From: an uncultured virus (IMG/VR IMGVR_UViG_649633094_000002)
Lineage: Duplodnaviria; Heunggongvirae; Uroviricota; Caudoviricetes
Length of the DNA stretch: 64,000 nt
Reading direction: 5' to 3' (one strand)
IMG/VR virus record: IMGVR_UViG_649633094_000002
The notes beneath the pieces were generated by a model. The model was not told where the DNA came from and made no database searches. It was given only the letters and a program-made list of their open reading frames with translations. Shown here in pieces: positions 1-11,471 of the stretch (positions within the stretch are counted from its first letter, which is position 1; each line of letters begins with the position of its first letter). Both the position numbers and the translations under genes were made by a program.

Positions 1-915
1 TTATTCTAACTCCTTTACATATCTTGCAACTGCATCCTGCCATGTTGGAAGCGGCTTAAATCCTGCTTCAACCAGCTTTGACTTATCAAGTCGGCTGTTG
101 AATGGTCTTGCAGCCTTTGAGAGTCCATACTCGGCTGTAGTAACCGGTATGACTTTAGTGGACATTCCTGCTGCTTTGTATATCTCTTTAGTAAAATCAT
201 ACCAGCTGATATAGCCGCCTTCGTTTGTTGCATGGTAATAGCCATATTTCTCGGTTTCTATCATATCAACGAGCAGCCTTGCAAGATCAAAAGTATATGT
301 AGGTGTACCGATCTGATCGTTTACAACCCTTACTTCATCATGTGTCTTGCCGACATTTATCATAGTCTTGATGAAGTTCTTGCCGTTCTTGCCGAATACC
401 CAGGCAATACGTACAATGAAGTACTTTTCAAGGGTATTTGCAACCGCAAGCTCTCCGTCAAGCTTAGTCTGACCATATACATTCATTGGTGCATAGTCCT
501 TGCAATCCGGAATCCAAGGCTCGGTTCCCTGACCGTTGAACACATAGTCAGTGCTGATGTAGACCATTTTTGCATTGATCTTCTTGCAGATATCAGCGAT
601 ATTCTGCGTACCGTCAACATTTATTGCCTTGACCTTCGGCTTATTCTCCTCGTCCTCAGCAGCATCTACTGCTGTCCATGCAGCACAGTGGATAACAACA
701 TCACACTTGGAGTTGGAGATAACAGTTTCAACCGCATTTTTATCGGTAATATCAAGCTTTACATATTCAGCATTTGTTACAGCACTTCCATCTGCAGCGC
801 CTGAATATACATCAGTGATATCACTGCCGACAGCTTCAATACTTCTTGCAGCCAGTTCGTTCACAACATCATGTCCGAGCTGACCGTTAACGCCAGTTAC
901 AAAAACCTTCATCAT
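1..915 (-). CDS. rfbD: dTDP-4-dehydrorhamnose reductase
   Basis: VTGVNGQLG Rossmann motif, [13 protein letters not shown] (YxxxK), DQIGTPT; adjacent to rfbB. Confidence 0.95.
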   Translation of the reverse strand: MMKVFVTGVNGQLGHDVVNELAARSIEAVGSDITDVYSGAADGSAVTNAEYVKLDITDKNAVETVISNSKCDVVIHCAAWTAVDAAEDEENKPKVKAINVDGTQNIADICKKINAKMVYISTDYVFNGQGTEPWIPDCKDYAPMNVYGQTKLDGELAVANTLEKYFIVRIAWVFGKNGKNFIKTMINVGKTHDEVRVVNDQIGTPTYTFDLARLLVDMIETEKYGYYHATNEGGYISWYDFTKEIYKAAGMSTKVIPVTTAEYGLSKAARPFNSRLDKSKLVEAGFKPLPTWQDAVARYVKELE

Positions 916-1931
916 CGATTCCCATACATCTTCTCGTAGTAGTTCTGATACTCACCGGAGATGATGTCCTTCCACCATTTTTCGTTGTCGAGATACCACC
1001 TTATCGTCTTCTTGATGCCGTCTGCGAACTTTGTCTCAGGCAACCAACCGAGTTCGTTGTGGATCTTTGTCGGATCAATAGCATAACGCATATCGTGGCC
1101 TTTACGATCGGTAACATATGTGATAAGGCTCTCAGGCTTACCGAGTTCCTTGCAGATAAGTTTAACGATGTCAATATTTCTCATTTCGTTGTGACCGCCG
1201 ACATTGTATACCTCGCCGACTCTGCCTTTGTGTATTATGAGATCGATAGCACGGCAGTGATCCTCGACATACAGCCAGTCACGAACATTCTCACCCTTGC
1301 CGTAAACAGGGAGAGGCTTGTCTGCGAGCGCATTTGCTATCATCAGTGGGATCAGCTTCTCTGGAAAGTGGTAAGGTCCGTAGTTATTGGAGCAGCGCGA
1401 AATTGTCACAGGGAGGCCATAAGTCCTATGGTAAGCCATAACAAGCAGGTCAGCACCAGCTTTTGAAGAACTGTAAGGGCTGCTTGTGTGGATAGGTGTA
1501 GTCTCTGTAAAGAAGAGGTCGGGACGGTCAAGCGGAAGGTCGCCGTAAACCTCGTCGGTACTTACCTGATGATATCTCTGAATACCGTACTTTCTGCAAG
1601 CGTCCATGAGGACCTGTGTACCGAGAATATTAGTCTGGAGGAATATCTCAGGATTCTCGATAGAGCGGTCAACGTGTGACTCTGCTGCGAAGTTTACTAC
1701 GATATCAGGCTTTTCTTCCTCAAAAAGCTTGTAGATAGCCTCTCTGTCACAGATATCAATCTTGCAAAAACGGAAATTCGGGTTATCCATTACACTTTCA
1801 AGTGTGCTGAGATTTCCTGCGTATGTGAGCTTGTCCACGCATACTATCCTGTAATCAGAATATGTGTCAAGCATATGGAATACAAAATTTGAACCTATAA
1901 AGCCGGCTCCGCCTGTTACGATTATAGTCAT
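912..1931 (-). CDS. rfbB: dTDP-glucose 4,6-dehydratase
   Basis: [41 protein letters not shown] motifs; AAGGAG RBS. Confidence 0.97.
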   Translation of the reverse strand: MTIIVTGGAGFIGSNFVFHMLDTYSDYRIVCVDKLTYAGNLSTLESVMDNPNFRFCKIDICDREAIYKLFEEEKPDIVVNFAAESHVDRSIENPEIFLQTNILGTQVLMDACRKYGIQRYHQVSTDEVYGDLPLDRPDLFFTETTPIHTSSPYSSSKAGADLLVMAYHRTYGLPVTISRCSNNYGPYHFPEKLIPLMIANALADKPLPVYGKGENVRDWLYVEDHCRAIDLIIHKGRVGEVYNVGGHNEMRNIDIVKLICKELGKPESLITYVTDRKGHDMRYAIDPTKIHNELGWLPETKFADGIKKTIRWYLDNEKWWKDIISGEYQNYYEKMYGNR

Positions 1932-2171
1932 ATCTTTTCTCCTTATAAAATTATGGTTTTTTCATATTCTCGACTTTATCCTTTAATACCATTTTTTGCC
2001 CTCATAAATGTGGCATATAATTAAAATTATTCAACAAACAATCTCTCATTGACAAGAATTAATTGCTTTTTGAATGGCAGTAGTTTAGTGGAGACATATA
2101 TAACCATGAGCTTACCAAAACTTTTTAAACTCAAAATTGTTATCTGTAATTTAAATTCAAGCTTAAATAGT

Positions 2172-3254
2172 CTAATTATCTTGCATAAATCCACTTAAAA
2201 CATCTCTAATTGTATTAAGTTTTTCAAACCCTGATATATTATCGGGTTCTAGATAGGCTCCTTCACCCCATTCGTTCCAAGCATCTATAATAAGGAAGCC
2301 TTTCCCAACCGAAACAGACTTCTTAATTTGTGAATATACAAGCTGTTTAAATCGAGGAATACTAAAGTTTTTAAATATAGTACAATTGTGAGAGTGACGA
2401 GGTGAATTATCCCATTCAGCAAACAGTCCCAAATAGTGATTAGGATCATTATCTATTCGCTTTTCTATCAAATCACATACTGAGTCATAATTAAAATAAT
2501 TTGTGACAAATTTGCCTTTCACCAGCTTTTTTATTCCTCTTCTAATCCTATTAATAGTATGCTGAAATTTCATTTCTAAAAACGTTGTGTAAGTGGGTTC
2601 ATAATCAAAACACGCATCAAAATATTTCTTGTTCCATATTAAATGATGCCCACCTAATGTTTGAACTAAAAATATACCATTAAAACCATTTTCTTTTGCT
2701 AATCGATCCCATCCTTCTCTATATATATTAAAATCAGGAATCGCTTCATAATCATAAATAAACAAAACAGGCTTGTTATCTACTTTGATATATCTATCAT
2801 CCATAAAATAAGGGAGATATTCATAAAAATGCTGTTTTACATCTTCAAAACTTGCTGCGTATTCCTGCTTTCTTAGCATTTGTTTGTTGTATGAAAACCA
2901 AGTTCTCATCCAATCATGATTAGCCCATGAAAAGCAGTATTCTATTCTAATATCTTTATTCATTAGCAGAAGTTTTGCAGGTGTCTCAAGCAGTTTTTTT
3001 CCATTCGAATAATATGAGTACATTACAAACCCATTTATTCCATATTTATTTGCAAGATCAACTTGATGTCTTATACTTTCAATTCGAGATAGATCATAAT
3101 AACCTTCAACTGGAATCCTTGGTTGTTTGATGTAACGATTTAACGGTTTTGCTGATTTAACAACATTCCATTCCGTAAAACCTTCTCCCCACCACTCATT
3201 ATTTTCTGGGATCTCATGAAATTGTGGGAGATAAAGTGCTAATATTTTTGGCAT
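2172..3254 (-). CDS. WbsX-like glycosyltransferase / GH99-like domain protein
   Basis: YLPQFHEIPENNEWWGEGFTEW at N-terminus, WDNSPR, AWNEWGEGAYLEPD at C-terminus; start moved to the ATG after a GAGGT RBS. Confidence 0.85.
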   Translation of the reverse strand: MPKILALYLPQFHEIPENNEWWGEGFTEWNVVKSAKPLNRYIKQPRIPVEGYYDLSRIESIRHQVDLANKYGINGFVMYSYYSNGKKLLETPAKLLLMNKDIRIEYCFSWANHDWMRTWFSYNKQMLRKQEYAASFEDVKQHFYEYLPYFMDDRYIKVDNKPVLFIYDYEAIPDFNIYREGWDRLAKENGFNGIFLVQTLGGHHLIWNKKYFDACFDYEPTYTTFLEMKFQHTINRIRRGIKKLVKGKFVTNYFNYDSVCDLIEKRIDNDPNHYLGLFAEWDNSPRHSHNCTIFKNFSIPRFKQLVYSQIKKSVSVGKGFLIIDAWNEWGEGAYLEPDNISGFEKLNTIRDVLSGFMQDN

Positions 3255-3265
3255 ATAAATGTACC

Positions 3266-4153
3266 TCACTGCAATTTTAATATATTAACAGCTATATTTT
3301 TAGCTGTTCCAAGTAATACCAAATAAATAATTCTAAAATAACTCTCTTGGTGTTTAAGCATATCGATAATTCTACTTTTATTCACTTTCCATCCTTGTTT
3401 ACAGGCATATACTAGTTCATTCTCTAATCTGATTCTTAACGCATTTGGATATTTTTCATATAAAAGTGAGTATTTCGACACGAGCATAAGTAATCCGTCT
3501 AATTTTTTTTTCGAATTCAATGATATTGAGTTCTCATTAATTCTATAATAAGAAAGAGCTTCTTCTATATATCCAATTCTCCCGATTTGAATCATTCTAA
3601 TGAATAAATCCTGATCTTGATAAGAGGGCATCTCTTCGTCTAGCATTTTTGAATCTATAAAGCACTGTTTTGTAAAAGATACATTTGAAAACCCACCTAA
3701 ATAATTATTGGATAGCATTAGTTCTAATGCATTTTCATATTCTGGATTCTCACGTTTACTATATCGGTGTTTATTTTTACCGAAGATAATAAAGTCTGAA
3801 TATACAATATCATATCCTTTATGAAACATTTCAACTATTTTAGAGACTCTTGTATTCTCCCAATAATCATCATCATCCAGAAATGATAAATACATCCCGC
3901 TTGATTTCAAAGCACCAAGATTTCTAGAATAATTTGCGCCCATCTGACGCTCATTAATATAATACTGGATTGCTCCTTGATATGAACGAACCATTTTTTC
4001 AATTTGAATATTATATTGATTTGAGGGAGCATCGTTAACTATGATGATCTCTATGTTACTATACGTTTGTTTAATTACGCTTTCAACCGCCTCTCGAAGT
4101 ATTTCAACATCTCGATTACAAGTTGTAATTATCACAGAAAACAATTCTTTCAT
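3266..4153 (-). CDS. Family 2 glycosyltransferase
   Basis: SVIITTCNR, IIIVND, GANYSRNLG, FLDDDD. Confidence 0.9.
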   Translation of the reverse strand: MKELFSVIITTCNRDVEILREAVESVIKQTYSNIEIIIVNDAPSNQYNIQIEKMVRSYQGAIQYYINERQMGANYSRNLGALKSSGMYLSFLDDDDYWENTRVSKIVEMFHKGYDIVYSDFIIFGKNKHRYSKRENPEYENALELMLSNNYLGGFSNVSFTKQCFIDSKMLDEEMPSYQDQDLFIRMIQIGRIGYIEEALSYYRINENSISLNSKKKLDGLLMLVSKYSLLYEKYPNALRIRLENELVYACKQGWKVNKSRIIDMLKHQESYFRIIYLVLLGTAKNIAVNILKLQ

Positions 4154-4785
4154 TTATCCACCTGTACTTTTCGAATGATTTTTGCGGGATTTCCACATAT
4201 AATGCAGTTTTCAGGAAAACTATGAGTGACTACACTATTTGCTCCTATTATTGAGTTTTCACCTATTATTACGCCTGAAAGAATACTCACTTTCTCTCCT
4301 ATCCATACATTTTTACATATATGTATTTCACCATTTGATGATAATAACCTTTGATTCGGAGATATATTCAAATCAGAGAAATCAGATAATCCATGATTAT
4401 GATCTATAATCATAACATCACTTCCAATTAATACATCATCATCAATGATAATCGAATTAATACAGCCAATATGGCAGCGTTTTCCTATCGAAACATTATT
4501 TCCTATAATAATAGATGGGGTGTATTTTTTTCCATTATGTTCACTCCAAGTTTCAAATATCCCATTATAATCAAGTTTAAAATTATCCCCAATTTTGCAG
4601 TTGTTCAAGCCTTTTAAACTAATAGGGAAGATAATTCTCGGATTCTTTCCACACGATTTACATTCCATATGAAAAAGTTTCTTGTAGTAGTAAAGCTTGA
4701 TTTTCAAGCGCAGATTATTCATTTTTTTTATCATTTTAAAAAGGAAGTAAATCATACTGATTCTCCACCATTCTTTAATATTCAT
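4150..4785 (-). CDS. Hexapeptide-repeat O-acyltransferase
   Basis: Left-handed beta-helix repeats (IIIGNNVSIG, VWIGEKVSILSGVIIGENSIIGANSVV), DHNH, GNPAKIIR; start uncertain, placed downstream of the wzy stop. Confidence 0.85.
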   Translation of the reverse strand: MNIKEWWRISMIYFLFKMIKKMNNLRLKIKLYYYKKLFHMECKSCGKNPRIIFPISLKGLNNCKIGDNFKLDYNGIFETWSEHNGKKYTPSIIIGNNVSIGKRCHIGCINSIIIDDDVLIGSDVMIIDHNHGLSDFSDLNISPNQRLLSSNGEIHICKNVWIGEKVSILSGVIIGENSIIGANSVVTHSFPENCIICGNPAKIIRKVQVDK

Positions 4786-4811
4786 AACGATTTTTGCACC
4801 ACAGAACATGT

Positions 4812-6080
4812 TTATTTTAATAATAAATAAATAAATATCCACTTCATTATAAATGGTATTCCTGTCAAAGGGTAATTTTGAATTGTTGTCATCGAAAAAG
4901 ATAACATAAAAATATATTGTCCAAGACTTAAACAATCTCGTTTATTCGTGTAATTTCTTTCAACATAATGTGCGAAACAGCCTAATAACAATCCGCCTAA
5001 AAACGTTCCAACAATTCCAAAATCCAAATAAAACGGGAATAGAGTTGATGCTGTTGCATTTGTTTGTATTTCATAACCGACAAACAAAAAATCCTTTGCT
5101 TGTCCAGACATAGTTTGTTGACCTGTTAAAAAATCATGACCTATCACTCCTAATGTTCTAAGAAAAACAATTGGAATATCAATAATTGAGCTGAAGGTAG
5201 CTTTTCCAAATAAGGTCCACGATTGACTTGTGCCGTTCTTAATCAGTGCGGATAAGTACGGTAAGCCAGAAAAATAGTAAATTGTTCCTTCTATTATAAG
5301 ACCATTATCACGATTGATCCTTTTTGATATAATTTGCACTATAAATATTAATAATACACTACATGGTACAATATACCTTTTATAACCACTTAGTACTTTT
5401 TTTATATTAAACCCATTCTTAATAACAACTGCCCAAAAAACGTATAATATTATTGTTACGAACAAAGATCTTCCAGCAGTTGCTAACACAAGCCATAACG
5501 CATCTAAAATAGACACGATGATCAATTGATATTTAAATTTTTTATTTGATATTTCTTCGGCCATTAATAGTATTGTTGCAACCATCACGGGTCGAATAAT
5601 ATAGTCTACCAGCATCAATTCTGGTGTACTAAATATTGAATACTCTCCGTATGTTCGATATCTCAAGGCGTTCATTCCTTGTGATGGACCATACATTAGT
5701 AGTATTGGGATAGTTTTCTTTAGAATCGGTATTGACACTATCCAGCATAATATAGATGCAGTAATTACTTTTTTTCTTTGCCTATCACTATTGAATTCAA
5801 TTTCACCAGATTGTCCTTGTGTTTCTTCAATCGGTGAAATAAGAAAGACCAAATTATAAGCAACTAAATATGCCATAGCTGCAAAATACACAGTTCCATC
5901 AATTGGATAATATGGAACAACATTTAGCAGATAGATCAAAAATCCTACTAGCCACACCACATTCTGTACTTGTACTGGTCTAACTCGCTTGATTCTGGTT
6001 TTATTGGTTTTATATTGTAAGCACATACAGGTAATACATACCACTATCGCCAAAATATTATATATAAAATCCTGTTTCAT
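4812..6080 (-). CDS. wzy: Polysaccharide repeat-unit polymerase (Wzy-like)
   Basis: Many hydrophobic segments, xxGR motif and PFYLDFGIVG; located among glycosyltransferases. Confidence 0.75.
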   Translation of the reverse strand: MKQDFIYNILAIVVCITCMCLQYKTNKTRIKRVRPVQVQNVVWLVGFLIYLLNVVPYYPIDGTVYFAAMAYLVAYNLVFLISPIEETQGQSGEIEFNSDRQRKKVITASILCWIVSIPILKKTIPILLMYGPSQGMNALRYRTYGEYSIFSTPELMLVDYIIRPVMVATILLMAEEISNKKFKYQLIIVSILDALWLVLATAGRSLFVTIILYVFWAVVIKNGFNIKKVLSGYKRYIVPCSVLLIFIVQIISKRINRDNGLIIEGTIYYFSGLPYLSALIKNGTSQSWTLFGKATFSSIIDIPIVFLRTLGVIGHDFLTGQQTMSGQAKDFLFVGYEIQTNATASTLFPFYLDFGIVGTFLGGLLLGCFAHYVERNYTNKRDCLSLGQYIFMLSFSMTTIQNYPLTGIPFIMKWIFIYLLLK

Positions 6081-6103
6081 TATGCCCTCATATTCATCAT
6101 CAA

Positions 6104-6796
6104 TTATCTTTTGATTAATGCTATTATTATATTTATACGCATTTTCAGTTTCATTCTCAAAGAATACTTACTCTTTTCGCCTGTTTGACTAGCGTTTTTA
6201 CCATGTCGCCTATATTTAATTAATGCGTCATTTATAAATATGCTATTACCGTATTTCTCAGAAATTAGCCCGATCCATACGTCATGCATCGGAATCTCCT
6301 TTGGAAACGGTAATACATACTTTAAGATAGAACGATTGAATGCCATACAGCATCCAATGTAGCTATTTCTTATGATATTTCTCATTAATCCTTTCTTGCA
6401 ATTTCTCAAATTGAAATATGAGGGATTAATAACTATTAAATTCTCATTTACGATTTCTGCATCTGATACTACGCACGTATATTGCTTAAGATACCTTTTC
6501 ATAACAGATACTTTATTTATCTTCCAAACATCATCTTGATCAGATAAAAAAATGAAATCACCCGAAGCGTGCTTTAGAGCATTTTCTAAGTTGAATATAG
6601 GTGAATTAAAGTGATTATCTAATAATAGTTTAATTCTTGGGTCATTAAAAGCTCTAATAATATCAATCGTTGCGTCAGTGGAGGAATCATCGGATATTAT
6701 AATTTCATCATTTTCATCTAATTGTTGTAAGATTGAATCAATCTGTTCTTTGATGTATTTTTCACCATTGTATGTTGGAATACATACTGAAACCAT
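6104..6796 (-). CDS. Family 2 glycosyltransferase (rhamnosyltransferase-like)
   Basis: SVCIPTYNGEKYI, SDDSSTD, FLSDQDDVW, MHDVWI, YRRH; GGAGG RBS before ATG 6796. Confidence 0.9.
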   Translation of the reverse strand: MVSVCIPTYNGEKYIKEQIDSILQQLDENDEIIISDDSSTDATIDIIRAFNDPRIKLLLDNHFNSPIFNLENALKHASGDFIFLSDQDDVWKINKVSVMKRYLKQYTCVVSDAEIVNENLIVINPSYFNLRNCKKGLMRNIIRNSYIGCCMAFNRSILKYVLPFPKEIPMHDVWIGLISEKYGNSIFINDALIKYRRHGKNASQTGEKSKYSLRMKLKMRINIIIALIKR

Positions 6797-6920
6797 TACA
6801 GCGCCTCCCATTACTAAAAGCGTTATCACAATCTAAGGTGAGAGTATGACTATATCTTTAAGAATTTTATAGGCATTAATCACAACAGTTTAAGCTTTTT
6901 ATTATCCTAATCATTTCAGC

Positions 6921-8027
6921 TTATGCTGAATATAGACTTTTCACAACTGTCTCAATTGCCTTATCGATTACAATAGCAGAAAAATTGTTTTCAAAATAAC
7001 GCCTAACTTGCCCATTGTTTATAATAGAAAAGTCAATACCACCCATATAATCAGTACCATAGTTCAATCCAATACGCTTATTTTCAACAATATCCCAGAT
7101 ATCACCCTTAATATTATTAATAATAGGGAGTCCTGCTTCAAAATAATCCATGCTTTTCATCGTTAATCCTACAAAAACAGTGTCCTTCATAATATTCAAT
7201 CCAAAGTGACATCTGTCCATAATCGCCTGTTTTTCCTCTGGATCATATATCTTACCATGATATACTACATTCGCTCCCGCTTGCTTAGCAGTTGAAATCA
7301 GTTCATCACGTTTTTCACCATCACCGATAATATGGAGATCAACAGGTTTTTGATGCTTTATCTGTTGAATTATTCTTCCTATAGTCGGAATATCTATTAT
7401 ATTATTTATTGAACCTAAATAACACAAAGATATTCTGTCATCGGGCGGATTTGGATTTCCAATATAAGGCTTTATTTCTCTTGCAAGATATACTGTTGTC
7501 ATCTTACTTTTCGGTACAAACTCAATTAGTTTTGTTTGAAACAAATCGCACTCTGTCACAACATGATCAGCACAATTAATCCATTTATCACGTAGATTTG
7601 CCCACATTGGAATAACTGGCAAGCTCTTTATTTTTTCAATTGGCATTGTTTCAGGCCACATATCAATGATATCAAATATCAGTTTCACAGTCGGATGGCT
7701 CTTTTTGAAAAGAGCAGCTTGTCGTACCAGTGAATTGGGCGGAACAAGAACCCAGAGTAAATCCACTTTTTGATGCTCTAATCGTTCAAAAACATCTTTA
7801 GCAAATTTTGCATGAGACAGCATCCGGCTTGGTGATATGTTTTTATAATACGGTCTCGCATGAATATATAGGAAATTCTTCTTTATGTCTTTTCGAACGG
7901 ATTTCTCAATATGTCGGAAATCAGAAGTATATACCCTTACCTTATTTCCTTGTTTACTAAAGAAATCATATAATAAGTCAACCCTATGCTCATATGTATC
8001 AAAGCAGTTAACAATAGCTACATTCAT
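6921..8027 (-). CDS. GT-B fold glycosyltransferase (family 4-like)
   Basis: FDIIDMWPE, YLGSI, IIGDGEKR, KSMDYFEAGLPII. Confidence 0.8.
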   Translation of the reverse strand: MNVAIVNCFDTYEHRVDLLYDFFSKQGNKVRVYTSDFRHIEKSVRKDIKKNFLYIHARPYYKNISPSRMLSHAKFAKDVFERLEHQKVDLLWVLVPPNSLVRQAALFKKSHPTVKLIFDIIDMWPETMPIEKIKSLPVIPMWANLRDKWINCADHVVTECDLFQTKLIEFVPKSKMTTVYLAREIKPYIGNPNPPDDRISLCYLGSINNIIDIPTIGRIIQQIKHQKPVDLHIIGDGEKRDELISTAKQAGANVVYHGKIYDPEEKQAIMDRCHFGLNIMKDTVFVGLTMKSMDYFEAGLPIINNIKGDIWDIVENKRIGLNYGTDYMGGIDFSIINNGQVRRYFENNFSAIVIDKAIETVVKSLYSA

Positions 8028-9922
8028 GCAAAATCATTCTCCGTCTTCTCAATAGATTCCTTCAGTCCATTCACTCTGTAATCAATGCCATCATAGTTGC
8101 TAAGTGCCTGATCAATTGTTAGACTGCCGAATGCCTTATGAACTAAGTCGCTCACCTTACCCGGCACTTTGCTACCAATAACAACAAACGGATTCAAAGC
8201 CTTTGTCTCTGTGATATTGCTTTCTACAACATGGCTGATCATTCTGACCATATCACTCGTCTTTGTGTACTCAGCATTCTGTGGAAAGAAAATACCACCA
8301 GAACCTGAAAGCATAATCTGACAGAGAAACTCCGTCAGATTGTCAATATGAAGCATGGAGCGTGCATTGTCAATATTCGGGAACACAGGCAGCTTCTTAG
8401 CGAGTTTAGCCAGAGTTGGATAGTTACCCTTGCTGCCTCTTCCGTAAATCATAGGAGGACGGAGAACTGCGACATTGAAGTCCTCTGAAGCCAGCTTTCT
8501 GATGCCCTTATCAGCCTGCCACTTGCTGTCGCCGTAGAAGTTTGCAGGTGAAGGCACAGTGGTTGCGGTAATCCTCTTGCTCTCACCATATCCAGCCGAA
8601 TCGCCATAGATTATGATAGAGCTCATAAACACAAACTGCTTCACGCCGTCCTTTTTAGCCTTTTCAGCAGTTTCAATGGCAAGATCCGTATTAACTGCAT
8701 AATACTTCTGCTTTGTGGCATCATCAACATGACCAACATCCGCATGAGCAAGACCAGCGACATGGAATACAACATCATAGCCGGAGAAATCCTTTTCTCT
8801 CCATGAACCGTCAATCATGTCAACTGTGTCTATCTCAAGATTAGGATAGTGTTCTGCTGCCCACGCTTCAAAACTTGTGCCAATATAGGAATCAGCACCA
8901 GTGATGAGGATACGAAGAGGCTTGTCCTTATCAATAGAGAAAACCTTCTTGAATCCATAGTCATCAACGCCAGCATCGAAGAGAGCATGATCAGGTATTC
9001 CTGCCTTACTGATTTCTCTTGCAATTGCACCGGTGCCGCCTTCAACAATACCTTTACTATGCAATGTAGCAGAGATAGAACCAAGAAACATCTTGATATC
9101 CATAAGGAAACCCGCAAGACTTGATGATTTTAACGCTTTCGCATATACTCCATCCAGTTTCGCCTTCTCCTCAATCTCAAGCTCATCTCTACCTGAAATC
9201 TGTGCAAGTCCAGTTAGACCGGGCTTGACATCGTTTGCGCCGTACTTGTCACGCTCGGCAGTCAAGTAGTCCTGATTCCAGAGAGCAGGACGTGGACCAA
9301 TCACGCTCATGTTGCCGCAGAAGATGTTCCACAGTTGTGGCAACTCGTCGATACTTGTCTTGCGAATTACCGCACCGACCTTTGTGATACCACCGTCCTT
9401 GAGCATATGAGTCGGGACATCCTTCGGAGTATTTACGGACATCGATCTAAATTTAAGTAACTGGAAATATGATTTGTCCGTGCCGACACGCTTTTGCTTG
9501 AACAGAACAGGACCCGGATCATCTTTCTTAATCGCAATTGCAGTTGCAGCATAGATAGGCGAAAGAACGACAAGACCGCCGAAAGAGAGAACAACGTCAA
9601 AGCCACGCTTGATGTACTTTTCATAAAAGGTTGGGAGGTGTTCAGATTCTCCGACAGCTTCTAGATGACCACACCTGCCGTCAGCATTCGCAGGCTCATT
9701 CTCATTTTCAACAAAAACTACCTTCTTGCCCTCCATCGGATTCTGTTCTTCCGGCTGATTGGCATAGGTAGCCTGTGGCTGCTGTTTCTTTGCAATATGT
9801 CTCATAACTAAGAATGTCGTGCCAAGTACAATACCCGTGGCTGCCGCCGCAGTTTTAAGATTCTTTTTTGTCTTCTCTTCCAACTCTGTATCCTCACTTA
9901 ATCTCATATTCCTTATAATCAT
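8024..9922 (-). CDS. Priming sugar transferase fused to NAD-dependent epimerase/dehydratase
   Basis: [41 protein letters not shown], then [11 protein letters not shown] and YGDSK; exact start uncertain. Confidence 0.9.
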   Translation of the reverse strand: MIIRNMRLSEDTELEEKTKKNLKTAAAATGIVLGTTFLVMRHIAKKQQPQATYANQPEEQNPMEGKKVVFVENENEPANADGRCGHLEAVGESEHLPTFYEKYIKRGFDVVLSFGGLVVLSPIYAATAIAIKKDDPGPVLFKQKRVGTDKSYFQLLKFRSMSVNTPKDVPTHMLKDGGITKVGAVIRKTSIDELPQLWNIFCGNMSVIGPRPALWNQDYLTAERDKYGANDVKPGLTGLAQISGRDELEIEEKAKLDGVYAKALKSSSLAGFLMDIKMFLGSISATLHSKGIVEGGTGAIAREISKAGIPDHALFDAGVDDYGFKKVFSIDKDKPLRILITGADSYIGTSFEAWAAEHYPNLEIDTVDMIDGSWREKDFSGYDVVFHVAGLAHADVGHVDDATKQKYYAVNTDLAIETAEKAKKDGVKQFVFMSSIIIYGDSAGYGESKRITATTVPSPANFYGDSKWQADKGIRKLASEDFNVAVLRPPMIYGRGSKGNYPTLAKLAKKLPVFPNIDNARSMLHIDNLTEFLCQIMLSGSGGIFFPQNAEYTKTSDMVRMISHVVESNITETKALNPFVVIGSKVPGKVSDLVHKAFGSLTIDQALSNYDGIDYRVNGLKESIEKTENDFA

Positions 9923-9969
9923 TCTTTTACGAACTCTTATCTTTAACCCTTATAAAAGAGATAGCTAAA

Positions 9970-10524
9970 TCACTTTCCCGAAGCCATAGCATACCAGTTA
10001 TCATCATGCACTTCAATCTGCTTAACTTCTTCCCCAGTCTCAACTTCTCCCGTCCAGCTCATATTGCTCTCGACCTTCGTGCCTGCCGGAACTGTAGAAG
10101 CCTTCATAACTGAGCTATTACAGTCGATATGGCAACAATCTTCGAGCACACAGTCATGGTTGACGACCGCACCTGCGGAGATGAAACAGCCGATACCGAC
10201 ATTCGCTCCCGTGTGGACAACAGCCATCGGCTCGACCACACAGCCGGTAGAAACCACTGCACTTGGCGATACATAGGCGTGTGGTGAGATAAGACTCACA
10301 ACTCTGCTCTTATCAATCTTCTCAAGCATCCTTCCACGCACTTCTGCATTACCAATAGCGACGATCACATCGCTCTCGAACTTATCCACATCATCAGGCG
10401 TACCGATTGCTTTATCCGATTTTCCATCCAGGAAGTCGATTTTCTCATATCCAAGTTCCTCTGCGATTTCTTTGGCTATCATTCCGTACTGTCCTGCGCC
10501 AATGATCAATAAGTTGTCACGCAT
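9970..10524 (-). CDS. PglD/NeuD-like sugar acetyltransferase, copy 1
   Basis: LLIIGAGQYG, VAIGN, SPHAYVSPSA, VVNHD hexapeptide repeats; G-rich RBS before ATG 10524. Confidence 0.85.
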   Translation of the reverse strand: MRDNLLIIGAGQYGMIAKEIAEELGYEKIDFLDGKSDKAIGTPDDVDKFESDVIVAIGNAEVRGRMLEKIDKSRVVSLISPHAYVSPSAVVSTGCVVEPMAVVHTGANVGIGCFISAGAVVNHDCVLEDCCHIDCNSSVMKASTVPAGTKVESNMSWTGEVETGEEVKQIEVHDDNWYAMASGK

Positions 10525-10702
10525 TGTGATCCCCCCCTGTCTACAAGCCACAGACCGATGAGTATGTGTGGACAACCACACGCTGGTCTGGGAAATAACG
10601 TTTATATATGCTGATGTTCCTTCAAACAAGCTCATATCAGCCTCTGTGCGGAAAGCATAATCTATCCACTCACAGCAGCTTATATCAGCCTGTTAAAACA
10701 TC

Positions 10703-10955
10703 TCTGCTCTCCCTATGAGTTAGGAAGTGTGTAACTTCTGCTCAACTTCCACACACTCTACTATCTCATATTCTCTTTGAAAACCACGCTAAATCGGCGT
10801 TTTTCACACATTCCCATTTTGTTACACTCTCTATTCTGCTCTCCCTATGACTTACGAGGTGTGTATTTCGTCACAAAAACGCTGTTTTCGGCTCGTTTTA
10901 GCCTATTTTAGCTCCTATTCTATATCTGCTCTACCTACGGATTAGTAGTTGCATA
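10703..10955. repeat. Three ~31-bp direct repeats (TCTGCTCTCCCTATGA.TTA.GA.GTGTGTA)
   Basis: Copies at 10703-10733, 10835-10865 (28/31 identical to the first) and 10925-10955 (22/31), counted by hand. Confidence 0.85.
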
Positions 10956-11003
10956 AATATGTATAATACGCGAAAATGTCGATTTTACGTTGTTTTCGTG
11001 ATG

Positions 11004-11456
11004 TCATGCAACTCCTACATCGAGTAATTTCATCAGCTCAAAGTAACCCTTTGACTGGGCAACGCGCTTCTGCTTGAATATAGCGGGACCCGGATCGTCG
11101 CATTTTATCGCTATCGCTGCAAATGCGTAGAGCGGCGAAAGAACAACCATACCTCCGAATGAAAGCACCACATCAAGTCCGCGCTTTACATACTTCTCAT
11201 AAAAAGTCGGTGTATGATTGCATACTCCGACAGCCTCAAGATGTCCGTTTTTGCCGTCGGCATTAATTGGGTCGTTGTTGTCCTCAACAAATACGACCTT
11301 TTTGCCCTTCATGGGGTTCTGCTCCTCAGGGCGGTCGGCGTATTCGGACTTCGGCTTCTGTTTCTTTGCAATAGCTCGCATAACAACGAAAGCCGCACCA
11401 AGCGCAACACCCGAATATGTAGCTGTCTTTATCAGTTTCTTTTTGAAATCGGACAT
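11004..11456 (-). pseudogene. 5' fragment of a priming sugar transferase, truncated at the KFRSM motif
   Basis: Aligns with the N-terminus of 8024..9922 ([44 protein letters not shown]) but ends YFELMK-LLDVGVA* where the full copy has [10 protein letters not shown]. Confidence 0.85.
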
Positions 11457-11471
11457 TTCTCCACCCACTTT

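Noticed and set aside
10703..10955. Repeats as a CRISPR array
   Set aside because: Only three degenerate copies, unequal gaps of about 100 and 60 bp, and no cas genes in the window.
10700..11010. Group II intron or IS causing the transferase truncation
   Set aside because: No GTGCG intron start at the junction, and no reverse transcriptase or transposase ORF nearby.
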